Assembly (NCBI RefSeq): GCF_030689685.1
Contig: NZ_JAUYEY010000040.1
Coordinates: 367-64,366, forward strand
From: Polaromonas sp.
Lineage (GTDB): Bacteria > Pseudomonadota > Gammaproteobacteria > Burkholderiales > Burkholderiaceae_C
Direction: 5' to 3'
DNA length: 64,000 nt
Under the pieces are notes generated by a model, which was not told where the DNA came from, did not search any database, and saw nothing but the letters and a program-made list of their open reading frames with translations. The position numbers and the translations under genes were made by a program. This document shows positions 12,553-22,454 of this stretch, in pieces; position 1 is the stretch's first letter, and each line of letters begins with the position of its first letter.

Positions 12553-13392
12553 ATGCTTCCACCCATGGCACCACCCGCACCCCGGCAGTCGACGCAAAAA
12601 CAAAGTCAAAAACACGAACTGCACGAGGGACCAGCGCCTAACGTCTGGCTGTTGGCACTTGAATTTCGCGCTTTTTGGGAGTTTGGTGCGCTGCTGCCAG
12701 CCTGGCCGGTGCTGGCCCGGGCGCCCCGGGGCGACAAACACAGCGTGGTGGTGTTCCCCGGCCTGTCAGCCAGCGACGGTTCCACCATCCCGCTGCGCCG
12801 ATATTTGGACTTTTTGGGCTACCAGACCAGCGGCTGGGAGCAGGGTTTCAACTTTGGCCCGCGCGCCGGTGTGCTGGAAGCCGCACGTGCGCAGGTCACC
12901 CGGGCTTTCAATCAGGGCGGGCGCAAGGTCAGCCTGATCGGCTGGAGTCTGGGCGGTGTGTACGCACGCGAGCTGGCCAAAGAGCTGCCCCACATGGTGC
13001 GCAATGTGATCACACTTGGAACGCCGTTTGGCGGTTCGCACCGCTCCACCAACGCCTGGCGTATCTACGAGCTGGCCAGTGGTCGCAAGCTGGCGCGAGA
13101 AACTGAAAATTACGACCTGCCTGCCGCGCCCCCGGTGCCGACCACCAGCATTTATTCACGCAGCGACGGCATCGTGGCCTGGCAGGGCAGTGTGCAAAAA
13201 CCCGCGCCGCACAACCCGCAAACCGAAAACATCGAGGTGATTGCCAGCCACGTCGGCCTGGGCCTGAACCCCAGCGCCTGGTGGGCCGTGGCCAACCGGC
13301 TGGCGCAGGCCGACGGCAGCTGGCAGGCCTTCGAGCGCAAGGGCACGTTTTTTCATGGGCTGATTTACCCCGACCCGGCACGCGCGGGCTGA
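12553..13392 (+). CDS. alpha/beta hydrolase
   Basis: VVVFPG, nucleophile elbow GWSLGG, TLGTP, YSRSDGIV, SHVGL. Confidence 0.9.
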   Translation: MLPPMAPPAPRQSTQKQSQKHELHEGPAPNVWLLALEFRAFWEFGALLPAWPVLARAPRGDKHSVVVFPGLSASDGSTIPLRRYLDFLGYQTSGWEQGFNFGPRAGVLEAARAQVTRAFNQGGRKVSLIGWSLGGVYARELAKELPHMVRNVITLGTPFGGSHRSTNAWRIYELASGRKLARETENYDLPAAPPVPTTSIYSRSDGIVAWQGSVQKPAPHNPQTENIEVIASHVGLGLNPSAWWAVANRLAQADGSWQAFERKGTFFHGLIYPDPARAG

Positions 13393-13410
13393 AGACGGCA
13401 CCCTGAATGC

Positions 13411-13449
13411 AAAAGCGCCTGCAGCTCACGCGGCAGGCGCTATCTTTTT
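13411..13449. terminator. bidirectional intrinsic terminator
   Basis: AAAA-GCGCCTGC...GCAGGCGC-TATCTTTTT between convergent genes. Confidence 0.75.
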
Positions 13450-13502
13450 AATAGCTGCTTACGCCCTCCGAATAAGGGCTGGAGCACAAAAACACTTATA
13501 AC
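13439..13502 (+). repeat. GCTAY-N7-RTAGC element, copy D
   Basis: GCTATCTTTTTAATAGC-TGCTTACGCCCTCCGAATAAGGGCTGGAGCAC. Confidence 0.85.
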
Positions 13503-13521
13503 GAACAAGGTTAGTAGTAAC

Positions 13522-14067
13522 TCAAGCCGCTTCAGGGTGTTCTTTTTTGTAGTTGGCAATACCGTCCATGATTTCCTTGCGGGCGGCTTCCGGGCCTTCC
13601 CAGCCTTCGATCTTGACCCACTTGCCTTCTTCCAGATCTTTGTAGTGCTCAAAGAAATGCGCAATGGTTCTCAAGCGCAGCGGGTTCATGTCTTCCGGTT
13701 TTTGCCAGTGGCTGTAGAGCGAACACTTTTTGTCGATGGGCACTGCCAGCACCTTGCCGTCTTCGCCAGCCTCGTCGGTCATCTTCAAGATGCCGATCAC
13801 GCGGCAAGTCACCACCACGCCGGGGATCAGCGGCACGGGCGTGATCACCAGCACATCGACCGGGTCGCCGTCGCCGCTCAGGGTCTTGGGCACATAACCG
13901 TAATTGGTCGGGTAATGCATGGACGTGCTCATGAAGCGGTCCACAAAAATTGCGCCGGACTCCTTGTCCACTTCGTATTTCACCGGGTCGGCGTTCATCG
14001 GGATTTCGATGATCACATTGAACGAGTCGGGGGCGTTTTTGCCGGGAGTAACTTTATCGAGGGACAT
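13522..14067 (-). CDS. ppa: soluble inorganic pyrophosphatase (family I)
   Basis: [37 protein letters not shown]. Confidence 0.97.
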   Translation of the reverse strand: MSLDKVTPGKNAPDSFNVIIEIPMNADPVKYEVDKESGAIFVDRFMSTSMHYPTNYGYVPKTLSGDGDPVDVLVITPVPLIPGVVVTCRVIGILKMTDEAGEDGKVLAVPIDKKCSLYSHWQKPEDMNPLRLRTIAHFFEHYKDLEEGKWVKIEGWEGPEAARKEIMDGIANYKKEHPEAA

Positions 14068-14301
14068 GGTCGCTTTGCGTTGAGATAAATAAAAGGAATA
14101 AAAGAAAGAACTTGCGCGTGATCAGTATTTACCCTCATTTTACCGATTCAAGCCTGGCGCCGCGTCAAGTTGTCACGTTTTGGCGTTAAATTTCCGGGGT
14201 TGGCCAATTGTCCCGGTTTGACTGGGGATGAGGAAGCAACGCAAGGCGGTGTGCCTTCGCGGTGCACCGAAATCCTTACGTCATCAATTTAGGAGAACAA
14301 C

Positions 14302-16521
14302 ATGGTTGGCAACTCAGCGCTGATACTCGCGCTAGTTTGCGGGTTCATTGCCGTCGGATACGGTTTTTGGGCACGCAGCTGGATTCTTTCCCAGGACGCA
14401 GGCAACGCGCGCATGCAGGAGATCGCAGCCGCGATTCAAACCGGCGCCGCGGCCTACCTGGCGCGTCAATACAAAACCATTGCCGTCGTCGGCGTCGTGC
14501 TGGCCCTTCTGATTGGCATTTTTCTGGATGTGCCCAGCGCCATCGGTTTTGTCGTCGGCGCGGTGTTGTCAGGTGCTTGCGGTTTCATCGGCATGAACGT
14601 CTCGGTGCGCGCCAATGTGCGCACCGCGCAGGCAGCCACCAAAGGCATTGGCCCCGCACTGGACATCGCCTTCCGCGGCGGCGCCATCACCGGCATGCTG
14701 GTGGTGGGCCTGGGCCTGCTGGGTGTCACGGCCTTCTACTGGTTCCTGGTCGGCAATGGCAACTACACGCCCGCCTCGAACCTTGCCGCCCTGCTCAATC
14801 CGCTGATCGGTTTTGCCTTCGGTGCCTCCTTGATCTCCATCTTCGCCCGACTGGGTGGCGGTATTTTCACCAAGGGCGCCGACGTTGGCGCCGATCTGGT
14901 GGGCAAGGTTGAAGCCGGCATTCCCGAAGACGACCCGCGCAACCCGGCGGTGATTGCCGACAACGTGGGCGACAACGTCGGTGACTGCGCCGGCATGGCC
15001 GCCGATCTGTTTGAAACCTACGCCGTCACGCTGATTGCCACCATGGTGCTGGGCGCCCTGCTGGTCACCAACGCTGGCACCAGCGCGGTGATTTACCCGC
15101 TGGCACTCGGTGCGGTGTCCATCATCGCGTCCATCATCGGCTGCTTCTTCGTGAAGGCCTCGCCCGGCATGACCAACGTCATGCCTGCGCTGTACAAAGG
15201 TCTGGCAGTCGCTGGCGGCCTGTCGCTGATAGCGTTTTACTTTGTCACGGTCTGGCTGATGCCCGACAACGCGATCAAGGCCTCGGGCACGCAGATGGCC
15301 CTCTTCGGCGCTTGCGCCGTCGGCCTGGTGCTGACCGGCGCGCTGGTCTGGATCACCGAGTACTACACCGGCACGCAGTACGCCCCGGTGCGCCACATTG
15401 CGCAGGCATCCACCACCGGCCACGGCACCAACATCATTGCCGGTCTGGGTGTGTCGATGCGCTCGACCGCCTGGCCGGTTATTTTTGTGTGTATCGCGAT
15501 CTGGGTGTCGTTCCAGCTGGCTGGCCTGTACGGAATTGCGATTGCGGCAACTTCGATGTTGAGCATGGCCGGCATTGTGGTCGCCCTCGACGCTTACGGC
15601 CCGATCACCGATAACGCCGGCGGCATTGCCGAAATGGCCGACATGCCGGCCAGCGTGCGCGCCATCACCGACCCGCTGGACGCGGTGGGCAACACCACCA
15701 AGGCCGTGACCAAGGGCTATGCCATCGGCTCGGCTGGTCTGGCCGCACTCGTGCTGTTTGCCGACTACACCCACAAGCTCGAAGCCTATGGCAAAGCCAT
15801 CAGCTTTGATTTGAGCGACCCGATGGTCATCATCGGCCTGTTCATTGGCGGCCTGATTCCTTACCTGTTCGGCGCGATGGCCATGGAAGCCGTGGGCCGC
15901 GCTGCCGGTGCGGTGGTGGTTGAAGTACGGCGCCAGTTCCGCGACATCAAGGGCATCATGGACGGCACCGGAAAGCCGGAATACGACACTTGCGTCGACA
16001 TGCTGACCAAGGCCGCGATCAAGGAAATGATGATTCCGTCGCTGTTGCCTGTGGTCGTGCCGGTTGTTGTGGGCCTGGTGCTTGGCCCGGCTGCGCTGGG
16101 CGGCCTGCTGATGGGCACCATCGTGACCGGCCTGTTCGTGGCGATCTCCATGTGTACCGGCGGCGGTGCCTGGGACAACGCCAAGAAATACATTGAGGAC
16201 GGCAACCATGGCGGCAAAGGCTCAGAGACGCACAAGGCCGCCGTGACCGGCGACACCGTGGGTGACCCTTACAAAGACACGGCCGGCCCGGCCATCAACC
16301 CGCTGATCAAGATCATCAACATCGTGGCGCTGCTGATCGTGCCGCTGATGATGAAGTTCCATGGCGGCCCCGCCACTGCAGCACCAGCTACGCCGACGGC
16401 GGCACCAGCGACCATGAGCGCGCCGGCCACGACGGTCACTGCGCCCGGCGGCATGCCCGCACCGGCGCCGACCCAGGCAGCGGACGCAGCGGCCACACCA
16501 ACGCCCGCGCCAGCCAAATAA
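14302..16521 (+). CDS. hppA: membrane-bound H+-translocating pyrophosphatase, K+-independent type
   Basis: [34 protein letters not shown] (Lys at the K+-dependence position), [14 protein letters not shown]; RBS AGGAGA. Confidence 0.95.
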   Translation: MVGNSALILALVCGFIAVGYGFWARSWILSQDAGNARMQEIAAAIQTGAAAYLARQYKTIAVVGVVLALLIGIFLDVPSAIGFVVGAVLSGACGFIGMNVSVRANVRTAQAATKGIGPALDIAFRGGAITGMLVVGLGLLGVTAFYWFLVGNGNYTPASNLAALLNPLIGFAFGASLISIFARLGGGIFTKGADVGADLVGKVEAGIPEDDPRNPAVIADNVGDNVGDCAGMAADLFETYAVTLIATMVLGALLVTNAGTSAVIYPLALGAVSIIASIIGCFFVKASPGMTNVMPALYKGLAVAGGLSLIAFYFVTVWLMPDNAIKASGTQMALFGACAVGLVLTGALVWITEYYTGTQYAPVRHIAQASTTGHGTNIIAGLGVSMRSTAWPVIFVCIAIWVSFQLAGLYGIAIAATSMLSMAGIVVALDAYGPITDNAGGIAEMADMPASVRAITDPLDAVGNTTKAVTKGYAIGSAGLAALVLFADYTHKLEAYGKAISFDLSDPMVIIGLFIGGLIPYLFGAMAMEAVGRAAGAVVVEVRRQFRDIKGIMDGTGKPEYDTCVDMLTKAAIKEMMIPSLLPVVVPVVVGLVLGPAALGGLLMGTIVTGLFVAISMCTGGGAWDNAKKYIEDGNHGGKGSETHKAAVTGDTVGDPYKDTAGPAINPLIKIINIVALLIVPLMMKFHGGPATAAPATPTAAPATMSAPATTVTAPGGMPAPAPTQAADAAATPTPAPAK

Positions 16522-16547
16522 AAGAAGAAAAAGCCACGCTTATCTTC

Positions 16548-16570
16548 AGCCCGCTTCGGCGGGCTTTTTT
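16548..16570 (+). terminator. intrinsic terminator of hppA
   Basis: AGCCCGC-TTCG-GCGGGCT-TTTTT. Confidence 0.9.
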
Positions 16571-16583
16571 GTGTTTGGGAGGC

Positions 16584-17222
16584 TCAATCGTTCGTGGCCA
16601 GCACAGCCCGTACCAGCGCGCTACAGGGTTGGGTCAACTCGGCCAGATCGGCCGTGCGGCCCGATTCGATAGCCTGCAGCACCAGTTCGTTGATGCCGCC
16701 GACCACGGCCATCGCCATGGTGCTGTTGCGCGCCGCCTCCTGCGGCGTGTGCAGGTGGCCGGCATGCACCACCTGCACCACGAAGTCGGCCAGCTCCTGA
16801 TTCATGCGGCGGCGCACCTGCAGGCCCTGGTCGCCCAGGCCAAGGATCTCGATGAACAGCGTGCGCAGCAACGCCGGGTTGCTGGCCAGGCAGGCCAGGT
16901 AGGCACCCAGGGCATGTTCGACCTGGGTTTTCCAGTCGCGGCGCGGGTCTATGGATTCCTTCAGCACCTTGAGCGCCCCGTGGCTGGCCGCCACATACAG
17001 GGCGATCAGGCAGTCGCTCTTGGTCGCAAAACACTCGTAAAAGCTGCGTTTGGACACGCCGGCTTCGCGCACGATGTCGGCCACCGTGGTGTCGGCGTAG
17101 CCCTTAGCGGCCACGCTGTGCGCCATACCTTCGATCAGTCGCGAGCGGTAAGGGTTGGCCGGAGCAGCCGGCGGGCTGGCGATATCGGTATTTGTATCGG
17201 CGGTAACAGTGTCAGGACACAT
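16584..17222 (-). CDS. TetR/AcrR family transcriptional regulator
   Basis: HTH AKGYADTTVADIVREAGVSKRSFYECF; start inferred. Confidence 0.92.
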   Translation of the reverse strand: MCPDTVTADTNTDIASPPAAPANPYRSRLIEGMAHSVAAKGYADTTVADIVREAGVSKRSFYECFATKSDCLIALYVAASHGALKVLKESIDPRRDWKTQVEHALGAYLACLASNPALLRTLFIEILGLGDQGLQVRRRMNQELADFVVQVVHAGHLHTPQEAARNSTMAMAVVGGINELVLQAIESGRTADLAELTQPCSALVRAVLATND

Positions 17223-17236
17223 GGGTGAAACCTTTT

Positions 17237-17298
17237 TGGTACTTGACAGTACCACAGCCGGATCTTATAGTCACTCAAATTGGTACTCATCGGTACCA
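17237..17298 (+). promoter_or_regulatory. sigma70 promoter overlapped by two TetR-type operators
   Basis: TGGTACT-TGAC-AGTACCA (17237-17254) and TGGTACT-CATC-GGTACCA (17281-17298); TTGACA (17243-17248), 17 bp, TATAGT (17266-17271). Confidence 0.85.
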
Positions 17299-17319
17299 GG
17301 CCATTTTTCAGGAAAACCC

Positions 17320-18156
17320 ATGAGCGAACTTGTTGTACGCCGCCTGCTGATCGACCTCGAAACACCGTTGCCGCGCCACTGGTGTGCCGGCGACGCCTTC
17401 CGCACGGCTTTTTTCAACGCCCTGTCCATGAGTTTCCCGGTCGGCGAGCAGTTTTTCATTGACGCGGTGCGCAACGGCCTGAAAAACCTGCCGGCTGACC
17501 AGCAGGATCGCTACAAGGCAGAGGTCCAGGGTTTCATCGGCCAGGAAGCCACCCACCGCCGCATCCACAGCCTCTTCAACGACCATCTGGACAAGCAGGG
17601 CCTGGTCAACGACTGGGCGCCCCGCGCCGAACGCAACATGCAGATGCTGGCCGGCACCAACCCGCTGCATGCGCTGGCGATCACCGCCGCCAACGAACAC
17701 TTCACCGCCATTTTTGCCGAATGGCTGCTGCGCAACCCGGACCTGCTGGCGCCCTGCGAGCCTCGGCTGCAGACCATGTGGTTGTGGCACAGCGCCGAAG
17801 AGTCAGAGCACAAAAACACCGCCTTCGACGTGTACGCCGCGCTGGGCGGCAACCACACCTGGCGCATCAAATGGTTTCGCCGCATCACGGTGGTCTTTTT
17901 GAGCGACACGCTGCGCCAGACCGTCAACAACCTGAGCCATGACGGCACACTGTGGAAGTGGTCCACCTGGAAAAGCGCGGCCGGCTTCCTGTTCGGCAAA
18001 TGTGGGCTGGTCCGCCAGACCTTCAAGCCCTGGCGCGCCTACCTGCGTGAGGACTTTCATCCCGACCAGCAGGCCACCGAGCTGTCGGCGCGCTGGCTGG
18101 CCGACAACGCGCGGGCCTACACCATGGTGGGCGCGGTGGCTCAGGGCGCGGCCTGA
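17320..18156 (+). CDS. predicted metal-dependent hydrolase (ferritin-like, HExxH-type motifs)
   Basis: FPVGEQFFI, QEATHRRIH, EHFTA, WHSAEESEHKNTAFD. Confidence 0.88.
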   Translation: MSELVVRRLLIDLETPLPRHWCAGDAFRTAFFNALSMSFPVGEQFFIDAVRNGLKNLPADQQDRYKAEVQGFIGQEATHRRIHSLFNDHLDKQGLVNDWAPRAERNMQMLAGTNPLHALAITAANEHFTAIFAEWLLRNPDLLAPCEPRLQTMWLWHSAEESEHKNTAFDVYAALGGNHTWRIKWFRRITVVFLSDTLRQTVNNLSHDGTLWKWSTWKSAAGFLFGKCGLVRQTFKPWRAYLREDFHPDQQATELSARWLADNARAYTMVGAVAQGAA

Positions 18157-18159
18157 CAC

Positions 18160-18224
18160 GCTATCAATTGCATAGCTGCCTGCGCTTGCCTGGCATGGGC
18201 TGAGGGCCAATTCGCCTGATTTTT
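18160..18224 (+). repeat. GCTAY-N7-RTAGC element, copy E
   Basis: GCTATCAATTGCATAGC-TGCCTGCGCTTGCCTGGCATGGGCTGAGGGCCAATTCG. Confidence 0.85.
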
Positions 18225-18258
18225 TGCGGCAAGCGTGTTTTCGCCGAAAATCATATGC

Positions 18259-19692
18259 ATGCAACTCAATTACATCGCCAACGCCTCGGTCCGCTCCGCC
18301 TCCGGCAAAACCATTCCGGTCATTGACCCGTCGGACGGCCAGCCTTTCGACGAAATTCAGCGCAGCAATGCGCAGGACATCAACCACGCGGTTCAGGCCG
18401 CCCATGACTGCCTGGACAAGGTCTGGCACAAGGTCAGCGCGGCAGAACGCGGGCGGCTGCTGATGGCGCTGTCGCGCAAGATCGCCGAGCACGCCGACGA
18501 GCTCGCGGCCATCGAGCAGCGCGACTGCGGCAAACCGACCAAGCAGGCCAAAGCCGACGCCGCTGCGCTGGTGCGCTACTTCGAGTTTTACGCCGGCGCC
18601 TGCGACAAGCTGCACGGCGAGACCCTGCCTTATCTGGACGGCTACAGCGTGATGACCTGGCGCGAGCCGCACGGCGTGACCGGCCACATCATTCCGTGGA
18701 ACTACCCGATGCAGATCTTCGGCCGCAGTGTGGGCGGCGCACTCGCGGCCGGCAATGTCTGCGTGGTCAAGCCGGCCGAAGACGCCTGCCTGTCACTGAT
18801 CCGCGTCGCCCAACTGGCCGCCGAGGCCGGCTTTCCAGCCGGTGCGATCAACATCGTCACCGGCTACGGCCACGAGGTGGGCGACGCCCTGGCTCGCCAC
18901 CCCGGCATTCACCACATCAGTTTCACCGGCAGCCCGACCGTCGGCACCTTGATCCAGCAGGTGGCAGCCGAGCGGCATTGCCCGGTCACGCTGGAGCTGG
19001 GCGGCAAAAGCCCGCAAATCGTGTTTGCCGATGCCGACCTGGAGCAGGCGATTCCGGCGCTGGTCAACGCCATCGTGCAAAACGCCGGCCAGACCTGCTC
19101 GGCCGGTTCGCGCCTGCTGGTCGACGACACCATTTACGAGCCCCTGCTGGCGCGGCTGGGCCAGGCCTTCGAGAAGTTGCGCGTCGGTCCCGCGACGATG
19201 GACCTGGACGTCGGTCCGCTGATCCGCCAGACCCAGCAGCAGCGCGTCTGGGACTTTCTGAGCGATGCGCAGGTCGCAGGCATCCCCAGGGTGGCGCAGG
19301 GCCAGATCGTCGATAAAGCGCCCGACACCGGCTTTTACCAGGCCCCCACCTTGCTGCGCGACGTGCCGGTGATGCACCGCCTGGCGCAGGAAGAAGTCTT
19401 CGGACCGGTATTGTGCGCGATGAGCTTTCGCGATGAAGACCACGCGGTCGAACTCGCCAACGCCACCCAGTTCGGCCTGGTGGCCGGCATCTGGACGCAG
19501 GACGGCGCTCGCCAGTTCCGCATGGCCAAACGCGTTAAAAGTGGCCAGGTGTTCATCAACAACTACGGCGCCGGTGGCGGTGTGGAGCTGCCCTTTGGCG
19601 GCGTCAAGTCGTCGGGCCATGGGCGGGAGAAGGGGTTTGAGGCGCTGTATGGCTTTACCACACTCAAAACGGTGGCGGTCAAGCACGGCTAA
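18259..19692 (+). CDS. aldehyde dehydrogenase family protein
   Basis: IIPWNYP, FTGS, LELGGKSP, GQTCSAGS, EEVFGPV, PFGGVKSSG. Confidence 0.95.
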   Translation: MQLNYIANASVRSASGKTIPVIDPSDGQPFDEIQRSNAQDINHAVQAAHDCLDKVWHKVSAAERGRLLMALSRKIAEHADELAAIEQRDCGKPTKQAKADAAALVRYFEFYAGACDKLHGETLPYLDGYSVMTWREPHGVTGHIIPWNYPMQIFGRSVGGALAAGNVCVVKPAEDACLSLIRVAQLAAEAGFPAGAINIVTGYGHEVGDALARHPGIHHISFTGSPTVGTLIQQVAAERHCPVTLELGGKSPQIVFADADLEQAIPALVNAIVQNAGQTCSAGSRLLVDDTIYEPLLARLGQAFEKLRVGPATMDLDVGPLIRQTQQQRVWDFLSDAQVAGIPRVAQGQIVDKAPDTGFYQAPTLLRDVPVMHRLAQEEVFGPVLCAMSFRDEDHAVELANATQFGLVAGIWTQDGARQFRMAKRVKSGQVFINNYGAGGGVELPFGGVKSSGHGREKGFEALYGFTTLKTVAVKHG

Positions 19693-19706
19693 CTTGTTGC
19701 ATCTTC

Positions 19707-19722
19707 GTACGTAATAACGTAC
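19707..19722 (+). promoter_or_regulatory. candidate YefM-YoeB operator
   Basis: GTACGT-AATA-ACGTAC palindrome; two GTAC cores 12 bp apart, directly upstream of the antitoxin. Confidence 0.7.
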
Positions 19723-19732
19723 CATTTGTTCC

Positions 19733-19981
19733 GTGAACATCATCACCGCCTCCGAAGCGCGCGCCAATCTGTACCGCCTGATTGACGAAAGCGCTGCCTC
19801 ACACCACCCGGTCATCATCAAGGGCAAGCGCAACACCGCCGTGCTGGTGTCCGCCGAAGACTGGGCGTCGATTCAGGAAACGCTGTATCTCACCTCGATT
19901 CCGGGAATGCGTGAGTCGATTCTTGAGGCGATGAACGCCCCGCGCAGCGAGTTTGTGAAAGAGTCGGAGCTCGACTGGTGA
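19733..19981 (+). CDS. yefM: Phd/YefM family antitoxin
   Basis: ITASEARANLYRLID...PVIIKG...AVLVSAEDWASIQETLYL. Confidence 0.93.
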   Translation: MNIITASEARANLYRLIDESAASHHPVIIKGKRNTAVLVSAEDWASIQETLYLTSIPGMRESILEAMNAPRSEFVKESELDW

Positions 19982-20241
19982 TCTGGCGGCTGAAGTTCAG
20001 CAACGCCGCAGGCAAAGACGTCAAGAAGCTCGCAGCAGCCGGCCTCAAGCCCAAGACACAAGAACTGCTGGACGTGTTGCGCCACAACCCCTGGCAAAAC
20101 CCACCGCCCTATGAAAAACTCGTTGGCGAACTGGCCGGTGCGTATTCCCGCCGAATCAACCGCCAACACCGGCTGGTCTACCGGGTTCATGAAGACAGCC
20201 GGGGCATCGACGTCTTGCGGATGTGGACGCATTACGAATGA
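19978..20241 (+). CDS. yoeB: Txe/YoeB family toxin
   Basis: PPYEKLVGELAGAYSRRINRQHRLVY...LRMWTHYE. Confidence 0.94.
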   Translation: MIWRLKFSNAAGKDVKKLAAAGLKPKTQELLDVLRHNPWQNPPPYEKLVGELAGAYSRRINRQHRLVYRVHEDSRGIDVLRMWTHYE

Positions 20242-20294
20242 AATCAGCCTCCAGCCCTTTCACAGCGGGCGCAAGCAGCTACAAAATCAATAGC
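20236..20294 (-). repeat. GCTAY-N7-RTAGC element, copy F
   Basis: Minus strand GCTATTGATTTTGTAGC-TGCTTGCGCCCGCTGTGAAAGGGCTGGAGGCTGATTTC; overlaps the yoeB stop. Confidence 0.85.
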
Positions 20295-20309
20295 AACCAA
20301 GGAAACACC

Positions 20310-21083
20310 ATGCGACTCAAGAACAAATCCATCATCGTCACCGGCGCCGGCGGCGGCATTGGCGAAGGCATCGCCAAACGGCTGGCCGCTGAAGGCGCCC
20401 AGGTCATCGTCAACGACATCAACAGCGCGCTGGGCGAACAAGTCGTGGCCGACATCGTTGCGGCCGGCGGCACTGCCTCGTTTTTCAAGGCAGACGTCAC
20501 CAAAACCGCCGAGATGAAAGCGCTGGTGGATGCCGCTGTGCAGCGTCACGGTCAGCTTGACGTGATGGTGAACAACGCCGGCTGGACGCACCTGAACCAG
20601 CCTGCGCTGGAAACTACCGAGGAAGCGTTCGACCGCTGCTACGCGATCAACGTCAAAAGTATTTACCTCTCAACCATTCACGCGGTGCCGGTGTTCCGCG
20701 CCAATGGTGGCGGCAGCTTCATCAACATCGCGTCCACTGCCGGCGTGCGGCCACGGCCGGGGCTGAGCTGGTACAACGGCTCCAAGGGTGCAGTGATCAC
20801 GACATCGAAGTCGCTGGCCGCCGAACTCGGCCCCGACAACATCCGCGTGAACTGCATCAACCCGGTGTTCAACCCCGACACCGCGCTGTCCACCCAGTTT
20901 GCCGGCGGCAGCGTCACCGGGCCAGAGGGCGAAGCGCGCCGCGCCAAATTCCTGGCCAGCATTCCGCTGGGGCGCTTCTCGACCGCCCTGGACGTGGCCA
21001 ACGCCGCGCTTTACCTGGCCAGCGATGAAGCGGCTTTTATCAGCGGCGTGTGCATCGAGGTGGACGGTGCGCGTTGTGTCTGA
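20310..21083 (+). CDS. SDR family oxidoreductase
   Basis: TGAGGGIG, NNAG, YNGSK, NCINP. Confidence 0.93.
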   Translation: MRLKNKSIIVTGAGGGIGEGIAKRLAAEGAQVIVNDINSALGEQVVADIVAAGGTASFFKADVTKTAEMKALVDAAVQRHGQLDVMVNNAGWTHLNQPALETTEEAFDRCYAINVKSIYLSTIHAVPVFRANGGGSFINIASTAGVRPRPGLSWYNGSKGAVITTSKSLAAELGPDNIRVNCINPVFNPDTALSTQFAGGSVTGPEGEARRAKFLASIPLGRFSTALDVANAALYLASDEAAFISGVCIEVDGARCV

Positions 21084-21176
21084 AAGGTCCCCACGGTCGC
21101 GCACCAACGCTGGGGAATAAGACATTACTTTTTCGCTGAGCGTGCCGATGGAGTAAATTCTCTCTCTGAGCTCACT

Positions 21177-22307
21177 ATGACAACAGCCAAAGTAATTCCC
21201 CTTGCAGACATGCGTTACGCCGCGCGCGTTCCGCATGTGCCTGCGCAATTGCAGGCGCCCACCGGCCTGCTGGCAGACACGCTGGCGCGGCCGCTGCGCG
21301 ACCTGCGCATTAGCGTGACCGACCGCTGCAACTTCCGCTGCAGCTACTGCATGCCCAGCGAGGTGTTCAACAAGGACTACACGTTTTTGCCGCAAACCTC
21401 GTTGCTGAGTTTCGAAGAAATCACGCGCCTGACGAAAATTTTCGTGGCGCATGGCGTCGAGAAAATCCGGCTGACCGGTGGTGAACCGCTGCTGCGCAAG
21501 CACCTGGAAGTGCTCATAGAGATGCTGGCGAAGCTCCAGACGCCTGGCGGCCAGCCGCTGGACATCACGCTGACCACCAATGCTTCGCTGCTGGCCAAAA
21601 AAGCCCAGGCGCTGAAAGACGCCGGACTGCAGCGCGTCACAGTCAGCCTCGATGGCCTCGACGACGCCGTGTTTCGCCGCATGAATGATGTGGACTTCCC
21701 GGTCGCCGATGTGTTGCGCGGCATCGAGGTCGCGCACAAAGTCGGCCTGGCACCGATCAAGGTCAACATGGTGGTCAAGCGCGGCACCAACGACGCCGAG
21801 ATCCTGCCCATGGCCAGGCACTTCCGCAACTCGGGGGTGGTGCTGCGTTTCATCGAATACATGGACGTGGGCGCGACCAACGGCTGGCGCATGGACGAGG
21901 TCCTCCCCTCGGCTGAGGTGGTTGAACGCCTGCAGTCCGAATTTCCGCTGCAAGCGATCGACGCGAACTACCTCGGCGAGACCGCAGAGCGCTGGCGTTA
22001 CCTGGACGGCGCCGGTGAAGTCGGCGTGATCAGCAGCGTCACAAACGCTTTCTGCGGTGACTGCAACCGCGCCCGACTTTCGACCGAAGGCAAGCTGTTT
22101 CTTTGCCTGTTTGCCAGCCAGGGCCATGACCTGCGCGCCCTGCTGCGCAGTGGCAACTATTCCGACGAGCAGATTTCTGCCGCTGTGGCCCACATCTGGC
22201 AGCGCCGCGATGATCGTTATTCGGAGTTGCGCGCTGCGCTGCCGCCGGATACCGGCATGCCCGACAGCAACGCAAAACGCGTCGAGATGAGTTACATAGG
22301 CGGATGA
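21177..22307 (+). CDS. moaA: GTP 3',8-cyclase
   Basis: CNFRCSYC radical SAM motif, [19 protein letters not shown]...LC. Confidence 0.97.
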   Translation: MTTAKVIPLADMRYAARVPHVPAQLQAPTGLLADTLARPLRDLRISVTDRCNFRCSYCMPSEVFNKDYTFLPQTSLLSFEEITRLTKIFVAHGVEKIRLTGGEPLLRKHLEVLIEMLAKLQTPGGQPLDITLTTNASLLAKKAQALKDAGLQRVTVSLDGLDDAVFRRMNDVDFPVADVLRGIEVAHKVGLAPIKVNMVVKRGTNDAEILPMARHFRNSGVVLRFIEYMDVGATNGWRMDEVLPSAEVVERLQSEFPLQAIDANYLGETAERWRYLDGAGEVGVISSVTNAFCGDCNRARLSTEGKLFLCLFASQGHDLRALLRSGNYSDEQISAAVAHIWQRRDDRYSELRAALPPDTGMPDSNAKRVEMSYIGG

Positions 22308-22312
22308 ATATG

Positions 22313-22410
22313 GCCCCCACGCTTGTCGCTTCGCGTACTGCGCTGCCCCCCGAGGGGGCGCTGCGCCTGCGGGCCGGCGGAGCCGGACCCGCGGCCCCTG
22401 CTGGTAAAGA
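22313..22410 (-). repeat. ~100-bp REP-like element, copy 2
   Basis: Reverse complement of the 7183 element. Confidence 0.9.
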
Positions 22411-22454
22411 GTGTCCTTGCCCTGCATTGGAATCGCATAAAAAATTGGAAACAC

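Noticed and set aside
14224-14290. Fluoride riboswitch upstream of hppA
   Set aside because: It begins GGGGATGAGG but lacks the complementary TTCNCC segment and the GCTGATGAC 3' motif.
14569-16209. 546-aa minus-strand ORF
   Set aside because: Antisense shadow of hppA; no motifs; typical high-GC artefact.
14302-16521. Na+-translocating PPase call
   Set aside because: Na+-PPases are K+-dependent (GNTTAA); this sequence has GNTTKA.
11301-20294. Integron cassette reading of TA plus palindrome
   Set aside because: The cores lack the RYYYAAC...GTTRRRY attC ends, and there is no integron integrase.
21084-21176. Moco riboswitch upstream of moaA
   Set aside because: The spacer is only 93 bp and has no recognisable motif.
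20670-22454. 594-aa minus-strand ORF
   Set aside because: Shadow of SDR and moaA that runs through a repeat; no protein signature.
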